Assembly: GCA_018819225.1 (NCBI GenBank)
Contig: JAHJQN010000005.1
Location: 35,286 to 99,285, forward strand
Length of the DNA stretch: 64,000 nt
Source of the DNA: Candidatus Micrarchaeota archaeon
GTDB lineage: Archaea > Micrarchaeota > Micrarchaeia > Norongarragalinales > SBBD01
Direction: 5' to 3'
Part shown: one piece after another, positions 9,301-17,105 of the stretch
How the letters are laid out: every line of letters starts with the position of its first letter
How positions within the stretch are numbered: the first letter of the stretch is position 1
Position numbers and translations under genes: made by a program
The notes under the pieces: model-generated
The model's input: the letters and a program-made list of their open reading frames with translations, nothing else
The model's database searches: none
What the model was told of the DNA's origin: nothing

Positions 9301-9420
9301 TGGGGCCGCCGAGATTTGAACTCGGATCGCTGCCACTCCGGCCTTCACGCGCCTTGCAGCTTTTGGCAGAGCGAGGGAAGGTCCCCAAGGCAGTAGGATG
9401 CCAGGTTACCCCACGGCCCC
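9301..9420 (-). tRNA. tRNA-Pro(GGG) with a canonical anticodon-loop intron of about 46 nt
   Basis: Minus strand reads GGGGCCG...CTGCC-TTGGGG-[intron]-GGCAG...CGAGTTCAAATCTCG-GCGGCCCC-A; acceptor, anticodon and T stems all pair. Confidence 0.8.
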
Positions 9421-9432
9421 CCCAAAAAAAAC

Positions 9433-9648
9433 TTAGAAGCGCGGATAATGAATGATTTCGTCCACAAGGTCTTCCTGCGAAAGCAGCATTCGGCGGCAGC
9501 AATAACGATCAAAACCAAACCGGTCCATTGTCTTGCCCGCATCCGCTTCCTTACCCAGTTCCTTGGCACGCTCCAAATCCTCGCGGTACTCGTAATACTT
9601 GTCTGCCACGACCTTACCGCACGTAAAACAACGAACCGGACACATCAT
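9433..9648 (-). CDS. rpoN: DNA-directed RNA polymerase subunit N (Rpb10)
   Basis: MMCPVRCFTCGKVV N-terminus characteristic of RpoN. Confidence 0.9.
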   Translation of the reverse strand: MMCPVRCFTCGKVVADKYYEYREDLERAKELGKEADAGKTMDRFGFDRYCCRRMLLSQEDLVDEIIHYPRF

Positions 9649-9839
9649 CGTTTCTTTCGCCTCTTTTTAAGAAAATCCTTCAACCCCTTTTCTTCAACAT
9701 TCAATGGAACACCTCTCCAAAGACATTCATCGCACTCATAAACGCCCATGTGTTCGACGACGCCTGGTACAGCCACGTCGCTGAACGAAGGCGTGCGGAG
9801 TTTCGTACTCCAACATTCCGGGCAGACATTGATTCTCAT
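9645..9839 (-). CDS. Small zinc-ribbon protein
   Basis: CPEC...CDEC Cys4 motif; 64 aa; lies between rps9 and rpoN. Confidence 0.45.
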   Translation of the reverse strand: MRINVCPECWSTKLRTPSFSDVAVPGVVEHMGVYECDECLWRGVPLNVEEKGLKDFLKKRRKKR

Positions 9840-9842
9840 GGT

Positions 9843-10298
9843 TTAACGGTACGACTTTGTAAATCTCGCGCGCGCTTTCGGTCCCTTGAACTTTTTGGGT
9901 TCCACGCGTCGCGGGTCCTCGACGAGCAGTGACCGATCGTAAGTCATGAACTGCTCTCGCAACGAATCATTCTTCGAGTATTGAACGATTGCGCGGGCTA
10001 CCGCGGTTCGGGCGGCTTGCGCCTGACCTGAAAATCCTCCGCCGCGCACGTTCACATGCACGTCGAAATCAGGATGGTCAATAAACTGCAACGGCTCGCT
10101 GACGACCTCACGCATGAACGGCGAATCGTGGGCGGTCAGCAACAATCCATTGATGTAAATTTTTCCGCTTCCGGGTTGAATGGATGCACGCGCAATGGCT
10201 TCCTTTCGCTTGCCGCGCGTCACCAGGGACTTCTTCTTTTTTCGTTTCTTTTTCTCTTCATCGGTCATAATCGTTCCATCCTCTAAATGCGTGTGCAC
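9843..10298 (-). CDS. rps9: 30S ribosomal protein S9 (uS9)
   Basis: GGGFSGQAQAAR motif and basic C-terminal ...KSYR. Confidence 0.9.
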   Translation of the reverse strand: MHTHLEDGTIMTDEEKKKRKKKKSLVTRGKRKEAIARASIQPGSGKIYINGLLLTAHDSPFMREVVSEPLQFIDHPDFDVHVNVRGGGFSGQAQAARTAVARAIVQYSKNDSLREQFMTYDRSLLVEDPRRVEPKKFKGPKARARFTKSYR

Positions 10299-10687
10299 AA
10301 TTCCTCCAAAGAAATAAATCGACAGGTTAGGGAATCCGATACGGCCTTAAATCGTTTCGCCTTTCCCGCATACTCCGAAGGCGCGCCACGGTAAGCCATG
10401 ACGCGCTTGAGGGCCTGCGTTCCACGTTCGGAATGCTTGGGGAGCATGCCCCTCACGATTCGCTTGAACAAATAGTCTTCACGCTTCGGCCACTTCGTGC
10501 TCTGATCCGGGTTGGCCTTGTTTTGAATGCGACGGCGCTTCATGTAGCGTTCAACGATCGCCTTGGGATCACCGGATAAAACGGCTTTCTCAATATGAAT
10601 GATGATCACGTCTTCGCCTTCCAGCGCGGCCTTGGCCGCAGTGGCCGCCAAGCGTCCGACAATGGCTTGAGAAGCATCAATAATCAT
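10283..10687 (-). CDS. rpl13: 50S ribosomal protein L13 (uL13)
   Basis: IIDASQAIVGRLA N-terminus typical of archaeal L13. Confidence 0.9.
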   Translation of the reverse strand: MIIDASQAIVGRLAATAAKAALEGEDVIIIHIEKAVLSGDPKAIVERYMKRRRIQNKANPDQSTKWPKREDYLFKRIVRGMLPKHSERGTQALKRVMAYRGAPSEYAGKAKRFKAVSDSLTCRFISLEELCTRI

Positions 10688-11047
10688 TTATATCACGATG
10701 ATAACGCGGGATCCCTTCGGATCTTTTTTTACGAGTTCGGGAATGGACATAACCGTACAGGACGCTTTCCGCAGTTTTTCTGCTGCGGGTTTCGCGATTT
10801 GATACGCGGCGACCGTGAATTTTTTCCGCAGGGTTCCATTGCCCAATACTTTTCCGGGAACCAATAATATTTTGTCATCATGCGCAAGAAGGTTCAGTTT
10901 GACGAGGTTGACTTCCACGCGGCGACGGCGCGGTCGGTTGAGTAATTCCACGGCGCGGTACCAGATGCCCGCCTTTTGCGCACTAGACGCTTTCGTCAAC
11001 AAGCGTATCAACCGCCTGAGTTCCGGAATTTCCGTACCGCGTTTTAC
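10688..11047 (-). CDS. rpl18e: 50S ribosomal protein L18e (eL18)
   Basis: Start taken at the internal Met (MVKRGTEIPELRRLI...) because the upstream in-frame stretch overlaps a tRNA-flank repeat; about 119 aa. Confidence 0.8.
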   Translation of the reverse strand, partial: VKRGTEIPELRRLIRLLTKASSAQKAGIWYRAVELLNRPRRRRVEVNLVKLNLLAHDDKILLVPGKVLGNGTLRKKFTVAAYQIAKPAAEKLRKASCTVMSIPELVKKDPKGSRVIIVI

Positions 11048-11084
11048 CATTTTATTCACTTTTACAAATATTATTTTTGAATGC

Positions 11085-11112
11085 GACTTTTTGATCGACC
11101 TTTTTTGAAAAA
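11085..11112 (+). repeat. tRNA 3'-trailer hairpin motif, copy 2
   Basis: gactttttgatcgaccttttttgaaaaa; a 24-nt identity with 52558-52581. Confidence 0.4.
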
Positions 11113-11161
11113 CATCATTTTCTTTTGGTGAAGCTTTTCTTTTCGAAAGAAAAGGTTCGTA

Positions 11162-11281
11162 TGCAGGGGCGGGGATTTTCATCGTTTTTCTCGAACGGAA
11201 AAAAACGGTTTTGAACCCCGGCATCCTCTACGGAACAGAGACCTCAACCCTGCGCATTTGACCAGACTCTGCCACCCCTGC
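11162..11281 (-). tRNA. tRNA-Leu(GAG) with a non-canonical intron of about 34 nt in the T-loop
   Basis: Minus strand: GCAGGGG-TG-GCA-GAGTCTGGTCAAA-TGC-G-CAGGG-TTGAGGT-CTCTG-long V arm-CGGGG-TTCAAA[intron]T-CCCCG-CCCCTGC-A; all stems pair once the insertion in the T-loop is removed. Confidence 0.65.
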
Positions 11282-11284
11282 ATC

Positions 11285-11557
11285 TCAGGTTATCATGATG
11301 CGTTGGATCGCGTCTTCGTCGGACATGCCCTCGAACTGAACCGCTTTCTTGCGGGTTTGAGCGCCTCGGATGAGACGCACGCGCGCTCCCGATCGCTTCT
11401 CCAGCTCGTGAAGAAGTTCCCGGTTGGCGCGTTCGTTGGTGGGCGGGCTTCGAAGCCAGACCTTCAAACCATTTTCGAAGGCGGCGACGGAAAACCGCTT
11501 GGCATTGGGCACGACGCGAATGTTCATGATCATTTCCTTTCGATAAATTTTCACCAA
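11285..11557 (-). CDS. DUF167/YggU (UPF0235) family protein
   Basis: 90 aa; NIRVVPNAKR ... ANRELLHELEK pattern typical of DUF167. Confidence 0.65.
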   Translation of the reverse strand: MVKIYRKEMIMNIRVVPNAKRFSVAAFENGLKVWLRSPPTNERANRELLHELEKRSGARVRLIRGAQTRKKAVQFEGMSDEDAIQRIMIT

Positions 11558-11575
11558 TTAATATTCTCAATTATT

Positions 11576-12232
11576 TTATTTGAGTTCTTTGACGGCTTCC
11601 AATGCGTCGAGTTTGGCTTGCAATAACGTGAGGGCGCGTTTGAGGTGATCCGCGGCACGCACATTGTTGTAACTTTCCACGAAGAAAATGTACTCGTCCT
11701 CCCGGAATTCTTCCGGAATGCCTTTCGAGTCGCTCTTATCCACTTCCGCCAATTCTTTGACGCTGCGTTTGAGGGGGACGAGGCTGTAGGACGCCAGCAC
11801 GCTCTGAAATTTGGCATGCTGTTTTCCCTTGCCTTTAATGGCGAATCCCTCAAAGCGCAAGCGCTGGTCGGCCGCCAATTTGATGATCGGAATGTTTTCG
11901 TTGAACACGCGAATTTTTTCGTCGTTGCTGCGCATATCCCGCGAGTACACCATGCACGGGCCTTCCGCGTTCATGGAAAACGTGACTTCAGCGTCGTCGG
12001 CAACGGATTCCTCCCAAGTCAGGGGAACGAGTCCGATGCGATTCGCCAAGTATTCGTTGAACATGGCGGAATTGTTTTCATAGAAATCCACGCGATCAAT
12101 CGCATAGCTCTCGAGCTCGGATAGCATCGTGCGACGCAATGCGTTCATCAAGCCGACGCGGGTCTTCTTGACGTGAAGCTGCAGCTTAAAACCATCCTCT
12201 TTCAATACGTCCAACTGCATTTTCATATCCAC
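11576..12232 (-). CDS. rpoD: DNA-directed RNA polymerase subunit D (Rpb3)
   Basis: GLMNALRRTMLSE motif; 218 aa, shorter than typical with no Fe-S insert. Confidence 0.85.
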   Translation of the reverse strand: MDMKMQLDVLKEDGFKLQLHVKKTRVGLMNALRRTMLSELESYAIDRVDFYENNSAMFNEYLANRIGLVPLTWEESVADDAEVTFSMNAEGPCMVYSRDMRSNDEKIRVFNENIPIIKLAADQRLRFEGFAIKGKGKQHAKFQSVLASYSLVPLKRSVKELAEVDKSDSKGIPEEFREDEYIFFVESYNNVRAADHLKRALTLLQAKLDALEAVKELK

Positions 12233-12241
12233 CCATGCGTT

Positions 12242-12793
12242 TTAAACTCGGCGACCCCTCTTTCCGCCGCGTCGTTTCGTGCTGTCGGTTGGAACCGGAG
12301 TCACGTCTTCAATTTTTCCGATGCGTAGCCCGCTTCGCGCCAACGCTCGAATCGCGGCTTGGGCACCGCTTCCCGGCGTCTTGGTTCGGTGTCCGCCGGG
12401 GGCGCGAACGCGAATATTTATGCCCACGAGTCCCCGTTCCTTGGCTTTCTCGGCGCACTTGAATGAGGCTTGCATCGCCGCGTACGGAGAACCTTCTTCG
12501 CGGTCGTTCTTGACGACCATTCCTCCGCTCGCCACGGCAATGGTTTCGGCCCCGCTTAAGTCCGTGACCGTGATAATCGTGTCGTTCTTGCTGCTGAAAA
12601 TGTGGGCAACGCCCCACCGGCCTTCTTTCTGAATGTACTTGCGATCGAATCGGTCGCGAGAACTACCTGAACGACCGGAAAAGCTTCGGCTCGATGCACT
12701 GGCGGGTCGCGTCGGCAGCGACGCACGCGAAGGGGCCGCGGTTTCCGGTTTAATGGGTTCTTTGATTGAATCGTCTTCGGCCATGAGGTTCAC
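12242..12793 (-). CDS. rps11: 30S ribosomal protein S11 (uS11)
   Basis: Conserved uS11 core ([21 protein letters not shown]...) with an N-terminal extension. Confidence 0.9.
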   Translation of the reverse strand: MNLMAEDDSIKEPIKPETAAPSRASLPTRPASASSRSFSGRSGSSRDRFDRKYIQKEGRWGVAHIFSSKNDTIITVTDLSGAETIAVASGGMVVKNDREEGSPYAAMQASFKCAEKAKERGLVGINIRVRAPGGHRTKTPGSGAQAAIRALARSGLRIGKIEDVTPVPTDSTKRRGGKRGRRV

Positions 12794-13350
12794 GCTGCAG
12801 TCTTTTCAAGTTGCTTCACGTCCGAAATGTCGGGAGTGAGAGGTTCGTCTTCTGGTTTCGGGACCGGTTCCACGTTGATTTTGTGTCCGTGCCAATTGAT
12901 TTCATCTTCCTCCACGTATTTCACGAGGTAGGAAGGAGAAGAAATGCGCTTTCCTTTAACGGTCAAATGCCCGTGCGAAATGAATTGACGGCTTTGTTTG
13001 ATGGTTTTCGCGAAATGTTTCTTGTGCGCAATGGTTTGCAATCTCCGATCGAGCACGTCTCGAACCGTCAATGAAAGCACGTCATCGAGCGTGGGGGTTT
13101 CTTTGCGAATCAGGAAGCCCTTCATGCGTTTGATCAACTGTTCTTTTCGGCGCTCCACATCCTTACCGCGCGCGGAAAGCAATCGGCGGGCTTCACGGCG
13201 GATCTTTCGAAGTAACGTCTGCATTTTCCACAATTCTTTTGCGTTCTTTAAACCGTATTCCTCGCGCAGTTTGCTCTCGCTCTCGATTCGCTGCTTGTCC
13301 CACAGCCTACGCGGCTTCTCATATTGTTTTCGCAAGCGCTTGGCTCCCAT
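12790..13350 (-). CDS. rps4: 30S ribosomal protein S4 (uS4)
   Basis: uS4 N-terminal basic region and S4 RNA-binding domain. Confidence 0.9.
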   Translation of the reverse strand: MGAKRLRKQYEKPRRLWDKQRIESESKLREEYGLKNAKELWKMQTLLRKIRREARRLLSARGKDVERRKEQLIKRMKGFLIRKETPTLDDVLSLTVRDVLDRRLQTIAHKKHFAKTIKQSRQFISHGHLTVKGKRISSPSYLVKYVEEDEINWHGHKINVEPVPKPEDEPLTPDISDVKQLEKTAA

Positions 13351-13355
13351 TCAAC

Positions 13356-13940
13356 TCACTTCTTTTCCTTCTTCTCTTCGCCACCCGCTGCGGCAGCCGC
13401 CTTTTGTTCCTTAATGGATTTGCGCAGGACGCCGACGGTCATTCCGCTTCGGCCGGTGGTCCGCGTGTGCTGGCCGCGCACTTTTTGGCCGAGGGAGTGT
13501 CTCCAGCCTCTCCACGAACGCATGTCCTTTTCTTTCTGCACATCGGTTCGGACGGCAAACACTAAATCGTTCATGAGCACGTGTTGGGCCCTGCCGGTTT
13601 CGGCCGATTTGCTTCGGTTCAACGAGAACTCGGGAATCCCGTGCTGGGAAGGCATTCTCAACATTTCATCAATTTTATCGATCTGTTCGTCCGTCAAGTC
13701 CCCGCAACGCATTTGGAGCGGTAACTTCAATTCGTTTCGGATGACGCGTTCCATGGCATAAGCGAGATTGGATCCCACGCCGCGTACGCGCAATAGTCCT
13801 CGGTACAACAGCATGTGGCCGTCAACGTCCTTTCCGGCGATACGAATGACGCCTCGAAAATTCTCGTCCTCTGCCTTTTCGGGCTTCGCTTGCACGGAAG
13901 GCGCGCGCGGGCCTTTTTTCTTAAATTCTTTCTTCGCCAT
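13356..13940 (-). CDS. rps13: 30S ribosomal protein S13 (uS13)
   Basis: RIAGKDVDG ... GVGSNLA uS13 signature. Confidence 0.9.
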   Translation of the reverse strand: MAKKEFKKKGPRAPSVQAKPEKAEDENFRGVIRIAGKDVDGHMLLYRGLLRVRGVGSNLAYAMERVIRNELKLPLQMRCGDLTDEQIDKIDEMLRMPSQHGIPEFSLNRSKSAETGRAQHVLMNDLVFAVRTDVQKEKDMRSWRGWRHSLGQKVRGQHTRTTGRSGMTVGVLRKSIKEQKAAAAAGGEEKKEKK

Positions 13941-13958
13941 ACTTCATCAAAACATCAA

Positions 13959-14178
13959 GCGCCGGGACTGGGATTTACGCCCCTCTCTCTATTGGCGCGA
14001 TCAACGCAATGGCTTTCTTCAGGGAATATACCATTCCCGGAAACAGCGTTTGAGGCAACCTCTTGAGTCAGAGGATTCGAACCCAGGAGTCCTTGCGGAC
14101 ACCAGCTCTCCCACGTTTTCTGCCTGCTCGGGAGAAATACGTTTCCAGGCTGGCGCTTTAACCACTCAGCCATCCCGG
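13959..14178 (-). tRNA. tRNA-Ser(GGA) with two introns: canonical anticodon-loop (about 35 nt) and T-arm (about 100 nt)
   Basis: 5' part GCCGGGA-TG-GCT-GAGTGGTTAA-AGC-G-CCAGC-CTGGAA[intron 1, 14107-14141]A-GCTGG-long V arm-CTGGG-TTCGAATCC; the complementary CCCAG and the acceptor strand TCCCGGC-G lie about 100 nt downstream at 13959-13971 [intron 2, about 13970-14071]. Confidence 0.6.
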
Positions 14179-14232
14179 CACGTGAACTAACATTCTTCCA
14201 ACCTACCTTTATAAGGTTATCGACTCCCGGGC

Positions 14233-14676
14233 ATGAAAAAGCGATTTAAAGCCTGCGTCCGTTATTTTGACGTGGACCTCAAGGAAAAGGATATCCGGCT
14301 GAAAAAGCTGTGGAAAAAGTTGAACGACGCCCTATTAGTCGTGGAAGGAAAGCATGACGTAGCGGCTTTGAGGGAAGTGGGCGTGTACGCACCCGTGATC
14401 ACCGCGAATGGAAAACCCGAGCGCATCGTCCAAAAAGTGATTGCGCAGGCGCGAGGTAAGCCCGTCGTATTATTGTTTGATTACGATCGGGAAGGCACGC
14501 GCAAGACGCTGTTTTACAACGAATTATTTTTCGCGGAGGACTGCAACGCGGACCTGCAGCCGCACAAGCAGTTGAAACAACTGCTGCCGTTAAACACGAT
14601 CGAGGATTTGCCGACGGCGTACTACGACGTGATGGAAGAGATTGCTCTCGAGAAACGCGTCCGAAAAAACGTTTAG
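14233..14676 (+). CDS. Toprim-domain protein
   Basis: LVVEGKHDVAAL and LFDYDREG Toprim motifs; 147 aa. Confidence 0.65.
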   Translation: MKKRFKACVRYFDVDLKEKDIRLKKLWKKLNDALLVVEGKHDVAALREVGVYAPVITANGKPERIVQKVIAQARGKPVVLLFDYDREGTRKTLFYNELFFAEDCNADLQPHKQLKQLLPLNTIEDLPTAYYDVMEEIALEKRVRKNV

Positions 14677-15152
14677 AGAATGCGAATGACGCGACGCGCT
14701 TGCTCTCTGGAAAGCCCGAAAAACGTGACGGCAACGGATTCCCATTCCCGCGCACTGCGCTCGTCTTCCTTCGCCTGCGGTTCCGATACGAGAACGAACG
14801 CCGCATTCAAGCGCAAGCACAGCGAAAGAAATCGACGGTATTTATAGAGGCGGCGCGCGCGCGGACCGATAGGCAAATGCAACAATGAAGTCAACGGTAA
14901 TTCTATGGAAACCCGTGCTTCCTTGGCGAGTTGAACGAAACCGTTTTCCCGGTGAAATGAAGGCACGCGCGTTGGATTGACGGAGGCCGGATGGCGGCGT
15001 AGGGCTTCTTTCAGCCATTCGATGTGCTCGCTTTCCACGCGCGCGTGAGGGGGTAAGCGATGCACGTCCGCCCGCGATGTTAGAAATATTACACTATTTT
15101 TTTGGTGCACGCCAACCCCTTTTTTTCGCAGCGTCTTCGATGAGTCGCTCAA
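14673..15152 (-). CDS. Hypothetical protein (uncertain)
   Basis: 159-aa ORF, Arg-rich, no recognisable motif; overlaps the next ORF by 58 nt. Confidence 0.3.
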   Translation of the reverse strand: MSDSSKTLRKKGVGVHQKNSVIFLTSRADVHRLPPHARVESEHIEWLKEALRRHPASVNPTRVPSFHRENGFVQLAKEARVSIELPLTSLLHLPIGPRARRLYKYRRFLSLCLRLNAAFVLVSEPQAKEDERSAREWESVAVTFFGLSREQARRVIRIL

Positions 15153-15723
15153 AGGCGCCGTGCCTCATGGATTCAAGCGTATGATGAATTTCGGGATAAA
15201 ACCGCCAATGGTTATGATGCGCCAGCGTTCCCAAAACAGCATTGAAGAAATCGTGAGAGTGCTTTGGACCCATATTCGAAATGATGCTCAATGCTCGCTT
15301 TTTTTGAATAAGAGACCTTTGAGGTTCAAGCAGGGTTCGAAGAGCGGTTCCCGCGAATCGTGCGTCGGGTCCAAAACGTTTTAATGCCCTTTCCGCTTCG
15401 TGCTGCACCTGTTCATTGCCATATAATAAAATCCATCCAGCGCTGAGTGCGAGTCGTTGGTCTCCTAATGCTCGAATGGTGCGCGCTATTCGAACCACTT
15501 CCTCATGCTGGTGGTTGCGAATCATGGGAGCCATTAACCGATTAATCCTTTCATTGACTTGAAGAATACCGTGTTGTTCGATTTCTCCACTCAGAAATTC
15601 TCGTGCATCCGCCAGTATTCTTCCAGTAATCCGGCGGGAATGCAATCGAGAATAGGATGCTTGAAGTCTCTCGGGAAGCTTCCGAATCCCGCTTAACGGT
15701 AAGTCAACAATACGGTCGTCCAT
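15094..15723 (-). CDS. HEAT/PBS-lyase-type repeat protein
   Basis: Repeating helical units with conserved Leu/Ala spacing; 209 aa. Confidence 0.5.
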   Translation of the reverse strand: MDDRIVDLPLSGIRKLPERLQASYSRLHSRRITGRILADAREFLSGEIEQHGILQVNERINRLMAPMIRNHQHEEVVRIARTIRALGDQRLALSAGWILLYGNEQVQHEAERALKRFGPDARFAGTALRTLLEPQRSLIQKKRALSIISNMGPKHSHDFFNAVLGTLAHHNHWRFYPEIHHTLESMRHGAFERLIEDAAKKRGWRAPKK

Positions 15724-15729
15724 AACGCG

Positions 15730-16137
15730 TTATGCGTTGGGGATCTTTAAAATGACTTCGAAATACGCGTGCACGCCGTCCGACCCCACTAAATAGGAAT
15801 TGATGGGCACCATGTTTCGAAAACGTTTCCGCGCCTTTTGTTCCGCGTAATACGACATGGTTCGTCCCGGGTTCTGGAACTTGACGTTGCGGCCCGGCTT
15901 GCGTCCGAGGTCCGCCTTTCTTCGAGCGCGCTTGCCGCGGTGAATTTTCACGCGGGCAATGGCATAGCCCTTCTTCGCCTTGTAGCCTAAACTGCGCGCG
16001 CGGTAGGGGTTGGAAGGCTTTTCCGCCCGCTCAACGGTTTTCTCTTTCCGCCATTTCGCGAGTCGTTTTCGGAACGAGGGAAGGCGTTCGCCGTAGCTCT
16101 TAGAAAAAGAGTCCTGAACATGTCGATAAGCTCCCAT
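15730..16137 (-). CDS. rpl15e: 50S ribosomal protein L15e (eL15)
   Basis: YYAEQKARKR and NSYLV motifs of eL15. Confidence 0.85.
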   Translation of the reverse strand: MGAYRHVQDSFSKSYGERLPSFRKRLAKWRKEKTVERAEKPSNPYRARSLGYKAKKGYAIARVKIHRGKRARRKADLGRKPGRNVKFQNPGRTMSYYAEQKARKRFRNMVPINSYLVGSDGVHAYFEVILKIPNA

Positions 16138-16246
16138 TCTTCATCACCGTATTCTGGTCCCTGCGGATGGCAGGGAAATCCAACATCCATCTACTAGTAC
16201 GCAGGAAGCCATTTTTAACGCTTTTGGGATTGGATGAAGCCCTGCA

Positions 16247-17044
16247 TTAACGCCGGAGCACGCGGCGGAAGATGCGCCACACGCGGCCGAAGAATCCTTC
16301 ACGGGCATGCATGGGTTCCGTGCTCCCCGTAATAATGCCCACGCCTTCCTTGAGAACGCGCGCCGCAGGCGAAGAACCCTTGTAGAGTACGATGGGCGTT
16401 CGGGCGGCAATGCTTTCCGGAATCAAGTGATCTTCCGGAATCGAGAAAATAACAGGGACTTCCGCCATCGTCTCAATTTCCTTATTGGATAACTCGAACG
16501 GGGAACCCGTCGAGCGATTGACGACGATGCCGCGCACGCGCGTCTTCTTGTCCTGGCACAACGAAACCACTTTCGCTGCCGATGTGGAGGAAGGCACATC
16601 CGGCGTCGTGATCACGATGACTTCATCGCACGTCTCCAGAATATATTCGACGTCGGACGTGATACCCGGAGGGGAGTCGACGATGATGTAGTCGTAAGCC
16701 GTCATGCTCCACAACACGTTTTTCAAATTTTTCAAGCTCACGTCCGGATGGTACTTGAGACTCGCCGGAAGCACGCGGATGCCCGTTTGCGGTTGGACGA
16801 CGACGGCTTCCGAAACCTTGTTCTTGCCCTGAAGGACTTCTTGAATTCCAACGGCGCCGTAAGATAACCCGAGGTGGAGTCCAGTCGACGGATTGCTCAA
16901 ATCGCAATCGACGATAATGGAATTGCGGCCCATGCGCTTGAGAATCGCCGTCGTATTGACGGCTACAACGCTTTTTCCAACGCCTCCTTTACCGGATACG
17001 ACCCCGATAATCTTATTCTTACGATTAGTGTTTGCAGCTGGCAT
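16247..17044 (-). CDS. minD: MinD/ParA-type P-loop ATPase
   Basis: Deviant Walker A GKGGVGKS; 265 aa. Confidence 0.85.
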   Translation of the reverse strand: MPAANTNRKNKIIGVVSGKGGVGKSVVAVNTTAILKRMGRNSIIVDCDLSNPSTGLHLGLSYGAVGIQEVLQGKNKVSEAVVVQPQTGIRVLPASLKYHPDVSLKNLKNVLWSMTAYDYIIVDSPPGITSDVEYILETCDEVIVITTPDVPSSTSAAKVVSLCQDKKTRVRGIVVNRSTGSPFELSNKEIETMAEVPVIFSIPEDHLIPESIAARTPIVLYKGSSPAARVLKEGVGIITGSTEPMHAREGFFGRVWRIFRRVLRR

Positions 17045-17105
17045 ACCTCATTCTCCAAACACTAGACAACAAGCCCTTTTAAATGAGTTTGGGCAAGTGG
17101 TTAAA

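Noticed and set aside
10688-11224. Full 178-aa extent of the rpl18e ORF
   Set aside because: The N-terminal 59 codons are unconserved, basic, and overlap the tRNA-flank repeat at 11085-11112; eL18 homology begins at the internal Met (11047).
14677-15093. Possible structured ncRNA (RNase P RNA or SRP RNA) in the GC-rich stretch between the Toprim and HEAT genes
   Set aside because: No P4 (AGGAAAGUCCGGGCUC-type) or SRP helix-8 GNAR/GGAA motifs found; region retained as a low-confidence hypothetical CDS instead.
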